The notes under the pieces: generated by a model
What the model was told of the DNA's origin: nothing
Databases searched by the model: none
Seen by the model: the letters and a program-made list of their open reading frames with translations, nothing else
Made by a program: the position numbers and the translations under genes
NCBI RefSeq assembly: GCF_006345805.1
Contig: NC_043005.1
Span: 109,306,001-109,370,000 of the forward strand
Reading direction: 5' to 3'
Length of the DNA: 64,000 nucleotides
DNA from: Octopus sinensis
Taxonomy: Eukaryota
Shown: positions 26,301 through 39,130 of the stretch, piece after piece
Position numbering within the stretch: position 1 is the stretch's first letter
Layout: each line of letters opens with the position of its first letter

Positions 26301-26989
26301 CTTATTTATACATCTATGTCCTTTGTATCTGAATTTGTCTCCCCACCACTTGACAACCGGTATTGGTTTGTTTACAACCCCACATCTTAGTGGTTTGACA
26401 TAGAGGCCAACAGAATAAGAACCAGACGTGTTCAACTAAATTCCTTGAAGACAGTGCCCCGGTATGGCCACAGTCCAATAACTGAAACATTTAAAAGATT
26501 ATTAAAATCCTTGAATGTAATTAGGCCGATTTAAAGCTTAAAAAATTATCACTAACTTTGCACCTTTTCCAAAGATAGAGATCAATATAGACGCAAGCAT
26601 TTAGCCTTGTTTTTCACATTTTGAAGTCGTTGATTTACTAGTTCTGAAAATGTTTATTTCCTGTGTTAGTGGAACATCTTAACCCAATTCTCTCACAAAT
26701 CAGAAAAGCTGTGTGAGAGGTGAGAGTGTAGTTTGTTCCCTTTTTAGTCAAGAGATTTCATGAGAGGATATGAAACATGTACTTTTAGTAGCTATGTTTT
26801 GTGTTGCATTAATCTGCCACCTGGGTGTAGTATCATCACTGTTGTCAAGTCATCCACATTTTGTCAAAATTCCTTTATTCTTTCCAGCCTTCAACATGTG
26901 TGTGTGTGTGTGTGTGTAGGTAAGGTGTCTAAAAGTTCGGAAGTCAGGAAAAAATGCACTCATATATCTGTTAATAGAGTGGGTATATT

Positions 26990-27725
26990 ATCCAAAACGT
27001 ACAGTATTATATATCTATTATGGCCAATCTTACCAAACAACTTCATACTAGGGATCCAACAGAGTGTTAGGTAACAATCCAATTATGTAACAGCCCTGCA
27101 CTCATCAGAGGTAGCTCTTATGGAATGAAATGTGGTGACTGCTCTCTCTCTCGTGTTGATGAATAGACGCATCCAGTTTGTGGTTGTGAAAAAGATGGTG
27201 AAACAAAACATGTAGAGGATTGGTTTCAGAGTTATGTCCATTGGTACCAAAACATCACCACAGGAGTGGTTATGTTGTAAGTCGGAAAGAGTTTTCTGGA
27301 AAAGTTTGTGGGAATTGTGTGTGTCCTTAAGGTTGGTGTTCTTATGGAAATGGAATTTGTGTAGTAGTCTATATGTATAACCTTTGCAGTGAATGTGGCT
27401 ATACACCTCTGTATTTGTTAGTGAGTTTTCTTTCTTTTATGTATTGGTTAAGTTCGTAGGGTCTTTATGTGTTCAGACAGTTTTTTCACAAACTTCTCCA
27501 GAAAACTTTTCCTCATTTCGTTTCATCATCTTTCTCACAGCAACTGCATACCGGATGTGTCTGTTCACTTCCAACACTAGAGAACAGTCACTGCATTTCA
27601 TTCCATAATGGCTACCTCTGATGAGAGCAGGGTTACATGATCAGGTTGTTACCTAACACTCCTTTGAATCCCTAGCACAAAATCGATTGGTAATATCGGC
27701 CACAATGGATGTATAATACTGTACA
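26990..27725. mobile_element. Large degenerate fold-back element
   Basis: 26990-27315 is the reverse complement of about 27486-27725 (e.g. cactcatcagaggtagc / gctacctctgatgagag), with one arm internally deleted. Confidence 0.7.
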
Positions 27726-27731
27726 CTTTGA

Positions 27732-28075
27732 ATCATCATCGTTTAACGTCCGCTTTCCATGCTAGCATGGGTTGGACGATTTTGACTGAGGACTGGTGAA
27801 CCAGATGGCTGCACCAGGTTCCAATCTTGATCTGGCAGAGTTTCTACAGCTGGATGCCCTTCCTAACACTAACCACTCCAAGAGTGTAGTGGGTGCTTTT
27901 TACGTGCCACCGGCATGGGAGCCAGTCAGGCAGTACTGGCAACGACCTCGCTCGAATCTTTTTACACATGCAACCAGCACAGGTGCCAGTAAGGTGACTT
28001 GGTAACGATCATGCTCAAATGGTGCCCTTTTATGTGCCACGGCACAGGGGCCAGTCAGGCGATACTGGCAATATA
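27732..28075 (-). mobile_element. RTE family R 3' UTR
   Basis: catcatcgtttaacgtccgctttccatgctagcatgggttggacg plus tandem units. Confidence 0.9.
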
Positions 28076-28336
28076 TTCCTGATATTTATTGTATATACTA
28101 AAAAAAATATACTAATACTCAAGATATCAGTTTCTTTTGGCATATATTTAATTTTTCCTTGTTGATTAATCTGTTCAATTTTTAGGGAATATTTCAAATT
28201 CTACTAAGGTAAACTTGGCATTTCATCCTTTTGGGGTTGATAAAATAAGGACCATTTGAGCACTGGGATCAATATAATTAACTTATCCCTCCCCCAAATT
28301 GCTGGCCTTGTGCCAAAATTTGAAAACAACATTTAA

Positions 28337-28558
28337 CCCTTTCGTTACCAACCTGGCTGAAACCGGCTCTGGCTCTTTAGTATAAATGTCTTGTTTTCAT
28401 AAGTTTTGAATTCAAATCTTCCAGCAAATCTTAGTCACGATTTATATTCCTAACACTAGCTTAATGATAACGAAGTTATTTTACTTAAAATCTTTGTTAT
28501 ATTTAAAATAATTGAAAGAAACACAGAGCATCTCAAAATAAATACAGTAATGAAAGGG
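28337..28558. mobile_element. piggyBac-type MITE family 1
   Basis: TTAA TSD (28333-36, 28559-62); TIR ccctttcgttac / gtaatgaaaggg. Confidence 0.9.
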
Positions 28559-29075
28559 TTAAGAAATATTTCCTTCATCATCTTGAGCTTAATTTCATCA
28601 CTGTTTCCTCTCTACAAATTCTCACCAATATATTTGCTTCGCTTTCATGCAACAATATTAACTGCTCTGCATCTATTTAGCATTGGTAAATTTAAAGAAT
28701 TTTCTTTTAGCAGCTTGGTATAGTGCTTAGTAAATATACAGTACTGACTTGCACAAAAGAATATTTTTCCTCCTAAAACTGCTTGAAATCACTTTTCTTG
28801 ATTGTGCGATGAAATACATTAATTTTTTCCCCCACAAAATATCCACGTAAACTACGGGTATCTTATGCAGAGTTGTGTTTCATGAATGGTAAAGAGTTTA
28901 CATTTCTGTCTATCTAATCTATCTGTCTGTCTGTCTGTCTCTCTGTCTATGATTATGGATGTATGTATATCATATCTCATTGCACATAAGATGTATCTCT
29001 ACATAAGATGTGCCCCTATATTTCAAGAATATTTTGTCAATATATTCATATGATACATCCATCCACATATGTATG

Positions 29076-29114
<39 letters not shown>

Positions 29115-29272
29115 CTCACGATAGATGTATACATAGATATATAAATGTATATACATATATACATACATACATACATATATATATATTTATATACATACAT
29201 ACACACACGTCTTTTTATGCATAGCTACATACCTACCTGCCTGCCTACCTACCTATCTACGTAGATACATAT

Positions 29273-29317
<45 letters not shown>

Positions 29318-29484
29318 ACATGTGTGTATATATATATATGTATATGTATGTGTATATATATATATATACGTGTATGTATATATATATGCATATATATGTA
29401 TATATATGTGTGTATATATATATATGTATATGTATATATATATGTATGTGTATATATATATATGTATATATATATATATAAATG

Positions 29485-29517
<33 letters not shown>

Positions 29518-30402
29518 ATATATATATGCATATATATATGTATGTTTATATATATGTATATATGTATACACACACATGTATGTATGTATTTATGTATGTA
29601 TGTGTATATATAAGTATATTAAAATTGGCTACAGTGCAGTCCCTTATAATAATTGGATCTTCTCAATGTTATAAGGTCAATAGAACTTGGTAAGATCAAA
29701 ATATACATTCAGACTGGCAATCACCTTCCATTTAATTGCTTCTTTGACAGCTTCAATTTAGCTTCTGTCTCATCTTGTTTGGACTACATTCTTAAGATCC
29801 GCTGCTAAAATATATCTTTCTTCGGTTTCAAATGAAACACTAAATTAGATGACAGCTTTAAGTATTTCACCATCCATTATTTCTTGTAAAATTATTGGTT
29901 TTAAAACCAATTTATCTATCTGTCTTTCTATCTCGCTATTTATCTATCAATCTTTTTCATTGTGTTTCCGTCGGTTAATATATCTAGCTCTCCGCATACC
30001 TATTTATTTATATATCTTATAACTTTGTGTGTATGTATGTGTGTGTAGGCATATACACAAACATACTCACATAACTAATTATCTCCAGTCTCTAATTATC
30101 CATTCATCATATATGTATCTTTTGTTTTTTAATGGTTTTGTCAGAAGAGAAAGGAAGGTGACTGCAGCTCCCTCTTTCAGTGTCTCTAAGGTTGCTAGAA
30201 GAATGAAGGAAATTATCCTTAAAGCAAAGAGACCCAATGTGAATTCTTTCAACAAAATGGACTCCCACTCAAGGCACCTATGGGCTAGGAGGTGGTGTTA
30301 AACATTGAGAAGAACTGTGTCTACCACCCAAGTATAGGAACCAAGGTTCTGAGAAGCTTCCACACAGCTCTTGTTCTCAAGGTTTTGGTTGGCTCAGCTT
30401 AA

Positions 30403-30623
30403 CCCTTTCATTACCAACCCGACTGAAACCGCCTCTGGCTCTTTAGTACAAATATTTTGTTTTCATAAATTTTGAATTAAAATCTTCCACCAAACCTTAG
30501 TCACAATTTATGTTCCTAACACTAGCTGAATGATAACTAAGTTATTTTACTAAATTCTTTGTAATATTTAAAGTAATTGAAAGAAACACAGAGCATCTCA
30601 AAATAAATGCAGTAACGAAAGGG
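30403..30623. mobile_element. piggyBac-type MITE family 1, second copy
   Basis: TTAA TSD (30399-402, 30624-27); TIR ccctttcattac / gtaacgaaaggg; collinear with 28337-28558. Confidence 0.9.
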
Positions 30624-33616
30624 TTAATGTAGAAGGCTTGTTCATTTGATAACTGTTCATCAGAATTGAACTCAGAAATTATGCAGTGCCAAGATAGAAT
30701 TTTAATCTACATAGCTTTTCCTGCACTCTGTAATATTTCGCTTGGAAAATAAGAGCTGAATACATTTTGATTTTCTGACTATGCTGGATCATTGCAAATA
30801 GGTAACTGAATGTTTTTATGACAATTCATGTTCAGTGCAAATGACAGCAGATAAATATTTGGAGATAGTTTATCTGTCTCTCTTTCTAATATATGTACTT
30901 CTTATTTTTCTGATTTATTTTATACCACAGACTGTGAATAATAGCCTCATTGGTTATGATTTCCTAATGAATGTCTGCTTCAGTTATGATGCTGAGAATG
31001 ACAAAGGAGTGTCTGTAATCTGACGTAGAAAATATACTGCAAAGGAATTTATTTGAAGGAAACTGATTTTTTAGTTTTCTGGGTGATGTGTATATTCTAT
31101 AATTTACCTGATTTTGAATTGTGTAAAGTATAGGGTATAATTTTCCGTTGCCAAACTTCATCCAAAATTTAGAGATCATTCTTATTGTCATTGTTTTAAT
31201 GTCTGGTTTTTCATTTTTGCAAGAGTTGGACAGAATTTGTTGGAGCAAATTTTTTACAGCCGGATGCCCCCTTTTTTTGTTACAAACCTTTCCCTGATTC
31301 CAGGCAAGGTAATAATATTTCCACATGGCCAGGCATTTTTTCATGAAAGATCGGGAAGGAAGGACACCACTTATATGACAGTGACACTCATTTACGACTG
31401 CCCTATCACATGATATCAAGACAAGTAACATACACTCACACACACACATACACACACACGCACACAAATTTCAGTTTTCATTAATACAATCCACTCACAA
31501 GATTTTCATCAGGTTGTTATAGAAGACACTTGCCTAAGTTACCATACAGTGGGATTGAACCCAAAACCATGTGGTTAAGAAATTTTGTCATGTGTATGTT
31601 CTTATGATAACAACAGAAACAACAACCATAACAACTACAGCCACCGTACCGCAAGTACAGTAACAACAGCAACAACAACAACAAAACAGTAATGGTAACT
31701 ACATTGATATAAAACTTGTCAGACATTATAAAATTGCAGAGCTGCTCTAACAATGTTTCAAAACCTAGGGAAACAATAAAACATGGGTAGAAAGCATGGA
31801 GTCTGTATGTAAACTGACTCAGTATGTTGCCTGTCAATGGTTTTTACCTGTACATGCATTCTCATCAGATATTACAATCATGGCACATGTAGAGCAGGAA
31901 TTTTCTGCTTTAGGGATCATGATGTTGTTAAGCTTCAAAATATAATTATCCTTTGATGAAGAACACAGATGGAGAATGAAAGGACACAATGTGATTCTGG
32001 ATTCTCTTGCACTTGGAAAAAGACAGGATGGGCATATATAGAATGTCTTTGATAATAAATCTGTTCAATTAAAGTTGACTAGAAGCTAACAGCAACACTA
32101 ATGGTGATTATTGTTTTGAATCAATGAGGATGTTTTTAAGAAGCCATTTAACTTTTGAGAAAACAGAACCAAGGTTTCTTCAAATCACAAATAGATTTCT
32201 TTATTGGCCATGCAGGGCTAAACACAGAAGGGACAAAATACAAAGTAGAGCTTTTCTTTTTGGGAAGAAGAGAAGATGGGAAAAAAGGAGGTGGCAAATT
32301 CTGATCAAAAGGGATCGTGAAAAAAGGCGGGGATTTCGATCAAAAGGGATCGTGAAAAAAAAAGTGGGGTCGATCAATAGGGATCGTGTATCACAGAAAT
32401 GTCAATGATAAAAGGGAAAACAGATTAGGTTTGTCCGTGGATAAAAAACCTATGGAAAAGACCATGGGAACCTTGGGCAATAGTGTCACGCAAAACGAAA
32501 ACACATTACAGTAAGGGGGTCTCTTTTCTTCTTTCGTTTTTCCCTTTTTTTCTTTTGCTTCATAGGATTATGCTCAAGCTGGCTCCGTCATTCACATGTG
32601 CCATCCTTGCTACATTCAACCATCTTTGTTTGAAACATTCACAACAGTCTTTCAAAAAGGAAGGACTCTTTGGATAATCTTGCATTAGGTATATCACGGC
32701 TGAAAATATATATAGACAGAACAGCTACAGTTGGAATGTAGTATATGTTTTAATAATAACAAAAATATTAAGAACAACAACAACACTAACTGAAACATCA
32801 TCATCAGAAGCAGCTATATCAATGATAACAAGATTGATTTGAAGCAATGAGGGATTTTCAAGGTGTATCTAAACCTCCCTAAAGTCACATGTGGCTAGTT
32901 TAAAAATAAGAACGATTATGTAGTCATAGCTACATGGTGTTTGGAAAGTAAAACGGAAGGTGCCGACTGGAATGTGTTTGATTATAGGTCTACTCCGTTG
33001 AGGTTGAACCAGAGAATGATGGCAACAACAGCAATAACAACAACAACAACAACAACAGCAACAACAATGATAGCAATGACTTACAATTATTATTTTGCCA
33101 AGTGAAAATAAATCAATATATACAAATATATTCTTTGAACATTCCAAACTTAATAGGAAATTAAAACAGAAGGAAATCTTTAAGACAGCACCAGAACAAC
33201 ATCTTTAGCTAATCTGATTATTTCAATTAAATTAGAATGACAAGTCTAAATGGTACTGGTGATGCCATCTTTATTGCTGTCTCTCAAGGATTTACCATTG
33301 AACTAAACCAGTTTTTTTGAAATTTTCTTTTATTTATTTATTTTTTAATTTTTTTATAATAATTAGCATTGCTACATTATTGACGACTGCCGTTTTATGT
33401 TTGTCTGTAGTTTGGTTTCTTTTTCTTTATCATATTCACTTGTGCCTCATTCCTGAATATAACATCAGTTAATTGTCTCCATTCTTTTAACTGTCATCAG
33501 AACCTACCTACCTACAGGTGAAAAAAACATGAGAATACAGATCCTAGATTTTTTGGGTTTTTTTTTATAAATTAAGAAGAAACTGTTTTCAGAGAGTAGT
33601 ATCAGGTATTGATATA

Positions 33617-34238
33617 TCATCATCATCATCGTTTAACGTCCACTTTCCATGCTAGCATGGGTTGGACGATTTTGACTGAGGGTTGGCGAACCAGATGGCT
33701 GCACTAGACTCCAATCTGATCTGGCAGAGTTTCTACAGCTGGATGCCCTTCCTAACGTCAATCACTCTGAGAGTGTAGTGGGTGCTTTTCACGTGCCAGC
33801 AGCACGGGGGCCAGTCGGGCGGTACTGGCAATGACCTCGCTCAAATCTTTTTGCACATGCCACCGGCACAGGTGCCAGTAAGGCGACGCTGGTAATGATC
33901 ACGCTCGAATGGTGCCCTTTTACGTGCCACCGGCACAGAAGCCAGTTAGCTGTTCTAGCAACAATCACGCTCGGATGGTGCTCTTGGCACCCTACTAGCA
34001 CGGGCACAAGTGACAGTAAGGCGACACTGGTAATGATCACACTCGAATGGTGCCTTTTATGTGCCACTGGCATGGAAGCCAGTTAGCCGCTCTGTCAACG
34101 ATCACACTCGTATGGTGCTCTTGGCACCCTACTAGCACGGACACAAGTGACAGTAAGGCGACGCTGGTAACGATCACACCCAAATGGTGCCTTTTATGTG
34201 TCACTGGCACGGAAGCCTGTTAGCCGCTCTGTCAACAA
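33617..34238 (-). mobile_element. RTE family R 3' UTR with expanded tandem array
   Basis: Terminal block plus at least 7 units, including a repeated higher-order block of about 125 bp. Confidence 0.9.
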
Positions 34239-35111
34239 TATGTTTAAGAAATTTTCTTCCCAATTACTTGGATGCCGGGTTCACTTCTGGTGCACAGCAA
34301 CTTCAGCAAATAAATGTCTTCTTCAAAACTACAAGACATGGATCAACTCAAATTTTATGGAGGAAATTTGGTAAATAGAAACATGGGGGAATCTCATTCA
34401 ATCTGGCCAGTTTGAATATAAAAGGAATAAAATACTTTGGCCGGATATGGTCAGTTTCAATACTAAAGGGTTAAACCAGTTCTCTAGTCTGCGGATATTG
34501 ACATCTTCCCTCTCCCATCATCCAGTAGTATTTCAGATCCTGTAATGAGTAAAGGTTATTAGCATTGATGAAAGATCAGAGGGGATTTTTTCTTGTTTTA
34601 ACAAACGACTTTTAAAACATTTTCTTTCCTAAATGAATAACCGATTATAGGAATTTCAACTGAGATGGAAAATACTGCATTTTTAAAATGCAAAACTTTT
34701 GCATCTTCAAGTCTGTGATTTTGAGACAATGGCTGGCATCATGTTTAACTCTTTAACATTCAGATTTCTTTGTCAAATGTAACGCTTATTTATTCACCTT
34801 GTTTTGAATTAATGATGCATGATCTTGTAGCTTTGAGATTTCAATGAACTGACTGTCTATATTCAGAATAATATTGTTGGGGAAGTGCGAGAGGCCAGAT
34901 CCGGTCAGTTTGAAGTTAAAACAGGGCTGAATATTTTGGCCAGATGTGGCTGGTTTAAATGCTAAAGGATTAAGTTAGATGTAAAGTAAAACTTATGGGG
35001 TCCAAAAACAGGAAGTGAACTTAGCAGTGTAACCCACAAAGCAATCACAAAAGAAACATATCCTAGGGTTTATTAAAGGACTTTTAGATTTGTAATTCAA
35101 GAACTAAAGAG

Positions 35112-35517
35112 TACTCTCTTTTACTCTTTTACTTGTTTCAGTCATTTGACTGCGGCCATGCTGGAGCACTGCCTGTAGTTGAGCAAATCGACTCCAGTAC
35201 TTATTCTTTGTAAGCCTAGTACTTATTCTATCAGTCTCTTTTGCCAAACCGCTAAGTTACGGGGACATAAACATACCACCATTGGTTGTCAAGCGATGTT
35301 GTGGGGACAAACACAGACACACAAACACATACACACATATATATACATATACATATATACGACGGGCTTCTTTTCAGTTTCTGTCAGCCAAATCCTCTCA
35401 CAAAGCTTTGGTCATTTTGAGGCTATAGTAGAAGACATTTGCCCAAGGTGCCACACAGTGGGACTGAACCCAGAACCATGTGATTGGTAAGCAAGCTACT
35501 TACCACACAGCCACTCT
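35112..35517 (-). mobile_element. SINE family A, full length
   Basis: Same architecture as the other family A copies. Confidence 0.9.
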
Positions 35518-36189
35518 TGCAGAAGAAGATTTACGGCAGGTATGACTTTGTTAATATGGTTTGTGGTGATGGCATTGAAGGTGATGTACCAGCAAAATAG
35601 GAAGTGTAGTAGTAGTAGTAGTAGTTGTTGTTGTTGTTGTGGTGCCGTTTTGAGAGATGGTAGAGGCAGTAGTACTAATGGTGGTAATGTAACAGTGACT
35701 TTGATAATAACTAATAACTTCAGCAGTAGTAGTGGTAGCTGTGATCTCAACATAGATGTTGTTGTTGTTGCTTAGCTCTTCTCCAACAGAAATGTGATCA
35801 AACGGCATTCCACCCATGACCATCCCATCTGTTTAACACAGAAAGAGGGAACCCAACACCAAATTATATAATATTTCCTTTTTATAAAATGTTAGGATGC
35901 GATCTGAGGGAAATCAGGCAATTATTTCTAGCTGGCTTAGCGACCACAAACAACCCACCCTCTTACAGACACACACACATACACCAACAATGATGAGTGA
36001 TGGTCATGTACTTCCACTGCACACACAGATGCAGTTTGTGTGGTGGGGGTGCTTGGTTCAATCCCACCTTGACTCCCGTACACAATGTAAATATGACCGG
36101 CAGAAATTCCTAGGCTCTGACTAAGCCAACAGCACTTCTTCATCCACTGCAGCCATAATATCGTAGGGTGGGGCTGATAGGGAAGAATA

Positions 36190-37190
36190 TGGGTAGTGGT
36201 GGTGGTGGTGGTGGTGGTGGTACTGGTGGTGGCATAGCTGGCTTATGGCTAGAAGTGGTAGTGGTGATGGTAGTGCTGCTGGTAGTGCTGCTGGTAGCAG
36301 GTTGACGGAGTGGTAGTGGTGGTAGTAGTATTGGTGGTGATGGTGGTGGTGGTAGTGGTGGTAGTAGTGGTAGTGGTAGTGGTAGTATTGGTGGTGGTAG
36401 TGGTGGTGGTGGTGGCATGGCTGGCTTATGGCTAGTAGTGGTAGTGGTGATGGTAGTGCTGCTGGTAGCAGGGTGACGGAGTGGTAGTGGTGGTAGTAGT
36501 ATTGGTGGTGATGGTAGTGGTGGTAGTGGTAGTATTGGTGGTGTGGTGGTGGTGGTGGAGATGGTGAAAGCGCAGCGATGATAGTGATGATAAGGGCTGG
36601 GTGGCATATGGTCATTGTTGCTGTTGATGTTGTTGTTGGTGGTGGTGGTAGTGGTGGTAGTGGTAGTGGTGGTGGTGGTGGTGGTGGGTGGTGGTGGTGG
36701 TGGTACTGGTGGTGGCATAGCTGGCTTATGGCTAGAAGTGGTAGTGGTGATGGTAGTGCTGCTGGTAGTGCTGCTGGTAGCAGGTTGACGGAGTGGTAGT
36801 GTGGTAGTAGTATTGGTGGTGATGGTGGTGGTGGTAGTGGTGGTTGTAGTGGTAGTGGTAGTGGTAGTGGTAGTATTGGTGGTGGTAGTGGTGGTGGTGG
36901 TGGTGGCATGGCTGGCTTATGGCTAGTAGTGGTAGTGGTGATGGTAGTGCTGCTGGTAGCAGGGTGACGGAGTGGTAGTGGTGGTAGTAGTATTGGTGGT
37001 GATGGTAGTGGTGGTAGTGGTAGTATTGGTGGTGGTGGTGGTGGTGGAGATGGTGAAAGCGCAGCGATGATAGTGATGATAAGGGCTGGGTGGCATATGG
37101 TCATTGTTGCTGTTGATGTTGTTGTTGGTGGTGGTGGTAGTGGTGGTAGTGGTAGTGGTGGTGGTGGTGGTGGTGGTGGTGGTGGTGAGA
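36190..37190. repeat. (GGT/AGT)n tract with higher-order tandem duplication
   Basis: tactggtggtggcatagctggc at 36221 and 36704 (483-bp period); each unit holds an internal duplication of about 180 bp. Confidence 0.9.
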
Positions 37191-37773
37191 TAGCAGTTTT
37201 ATATTGAAATTGTTTTGTTTTCTTGGACTTATCAGTTAAAATCCACCATCATCATCACTAGCATCATCACCACCATTACTAACATCCCTCTCGCCCTTGT
37301 CTTCACCATCACCATCAATAACAGCATGATGACCATCACCACCACCACTACAACCACAACCATCACTATTACCCCTCATCATCAGTACAACCAATCTGAC
37401 CCATACCACTACCATTACTTCTACGAACCCCACCACCACTACTAATACCTTCACCACCATCACCATCATCGCTACTACCACCAACACTGTGATCATCATT
37501 ATTGCAACAACCTCTACCATAAACAGCAATTCCACCCATCACCCATACAGGGAAATTATTCTGTACTAGTCATGAACATCACAATGGTTGTTTGACTAAC
37601 CAAGGGAAAAACCATAGACTTCAGGTCATCACTCTCCTTGCAAGAAGTAGCAGCTAGGTCTCCCTAGATCTTCTTTAAATCATGCCCCATTGTCTTAGAA
37701 AATAGGCACACTAGAAAACATGGGCTTGGATTACTTGCCCATATATATATATATTATATATATAAATTATATA

Positions 37774-37980
37774 CTTTATTTAAAGCAGCAGAAAATTCAA
37801 CAAAACCTGTTACTCTGATTTTCCCGTTGCAAAAACTGTCCGATGAACGGCAACGGGAAACTCAGAGTAACAGGTTTTGTTGAATTTTCTGCTGCTTTAA
37901 ATAAAGCATATTACTCTACCACTGGTATTTGAGTACTCTTTTTTCCACCTTGTTTCACATTTATGTGTTTACTCCGGTAT
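37774..37980. mobile_element. PLE-type fold-back element (family C) with hammerhead 37832-37878
   Basis: Arms ctttatttaaagcagcagaaaattcaacaaaacctgttactctga / reverse complement; AAAACTGT-CCGATGA-ACG GCAA CGG-GAA-ACT CAG AGT-A-ACAGGTTTT; in (TA)n. Confidence 0.75.
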
Positions 37981-38012
37981 ATAAGTTATATATATATATA
38001 TAAATTATATAT

Positions 38013-38130
38013 AAATGCAGTGTACATTTAAACACATAAGAGGCATCCATCATAGGACTCCTTTCTCTAGCGTGCAAGGTGTCCTATAATGGATTCCTCT
38101 TATGTGCTTAAATGTACACTGTACTTATAT
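38013..38130. mobile_element. Small fold-back element in (TA)n
   Basis: cagtgtacatttaaacacataagaggcatccatcataggac / gtcctataatggattcctcttatgtgcttaaatgtacactg. Confidence 0.65.
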
Positions 38131-38299
38131 AAATAATATATAGTCCATTGACTAAATTTTTACATGCTAGGCCACTGGTAATGGAAATTTATAATATTTC
38201 TGATTACCCTTTGATATTATTAATTATTAATATAAATATATATATATGTATACACACACACACACATATTTATATATAGATGTATATATATATGTTTAC

Positions 38300-38530
38300 A
38301 CATATATATATATAACATGTGAGTTGTTGGTGGTTTTCTTCGTCCGGCTTCCTTTTCTCTTGGAATTTCCTCTCTTTCCTGTTTCTGAAGAAGAGCTTTG
38401 CTTGAAACATAAATCTAACTTTCTTTCCTTCCCTGAGTGTCTGTTAATACTCTGCATGTACCACGTGCTCGCGTTGCTGTTTTTACTTCTTGTGTTTTTC
38501 TTCCTTTTTTTGGTGGGGGGGATTTTATAT
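38300..38530 (+). mobile_element. PLE pseudo-LTR-like fragment with hammerhead 38381-38412
   Basis: GTTT-CTGAAGA-A-GAGC TTT GCTT-GAA-ACAT-A-AATC: intact core, decayed stems. Confidence 0.6.
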
Positions 38531-38546
38531 ACATATATATATATAT

Positions 38547-38936
38547 TCTTTCTTTTTCTTTATTCTTTTACTCGTTTCAGTCATTTGACTGTGGCCATGC
38601 TGGAGCACCATCTATAGTCGAGCAAATCGAACCCAGGACTTATTCTTTGTAAGCATAGTACTTATTCTATTTGTCTCTCTAGCCGAACTGCTAAGTGACG
38701 GGGATGTAAACACCCAGTATCGGTTGTCAAGAGATGTTGGGGGGACAAACACAGACACACAAACATATAAACACACATACACACAAACAAACAAACACAC
38801 ACACACACACACACACATATACATATAATAATAATATTAGGGAGTAAATCCAAATTTACAGGGAAAAATTAGATTTAGAATTAAATCCTAAATCTAATTT
38901 GATTTGCCTAATAGTGGTTTTATCTCTAATTTAATT

Positions 38937-38970
<34 letters not shown>

Positions 38971-39130
38971 TACGACGGGCTTCTTTCAGTTTCTGTTAAA
39001 CAAATCCACTGAAAATGCTTTGGTCAGCCTGAGGCTATAGTAGAATACATTTGCCCAAGTTGCCACGCAGTGGGACTGAACCTGGAACCATGTGGTTCGT
39101 AATCAAGCTACTTACCACACAGCCACTCCT
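38547..39130 (-). mobile_element. SINE family A interrupted in its internal microsatellite by a small fold-back fragment (38836-38940)
   Basis: 3' half 38547-38800 and 5' half 38970-39130 are collinear; the insert contains aaattagatttag / ctaaatctaattt. Confidence 0.8.

Noticed and set aside
27610-27660. Hammerhead at CTGATGA
   Set aside because: No downstream stem II/GAAA/stem III could be built.
33617-34238. CRISPR array
   Set aside because: Eukaryotic context, no cas genes, the spacers are diverged copies of each other, and the array is contiguous with an RTE ORF at 47303-48220.
35988-36122. C/D box snoRNA (ATGATGA ... CTGA)
   Set aside because: No terminal stem or recognisable guide; ATGATGA is ubiquitous in this window.
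36121-37104. 327-aa Pro/His-rich ORF (extensin-like look)
   Set aside because: It is the antisense reading of a duplicated (GGT)n tract, with no splice or promoter evidence.
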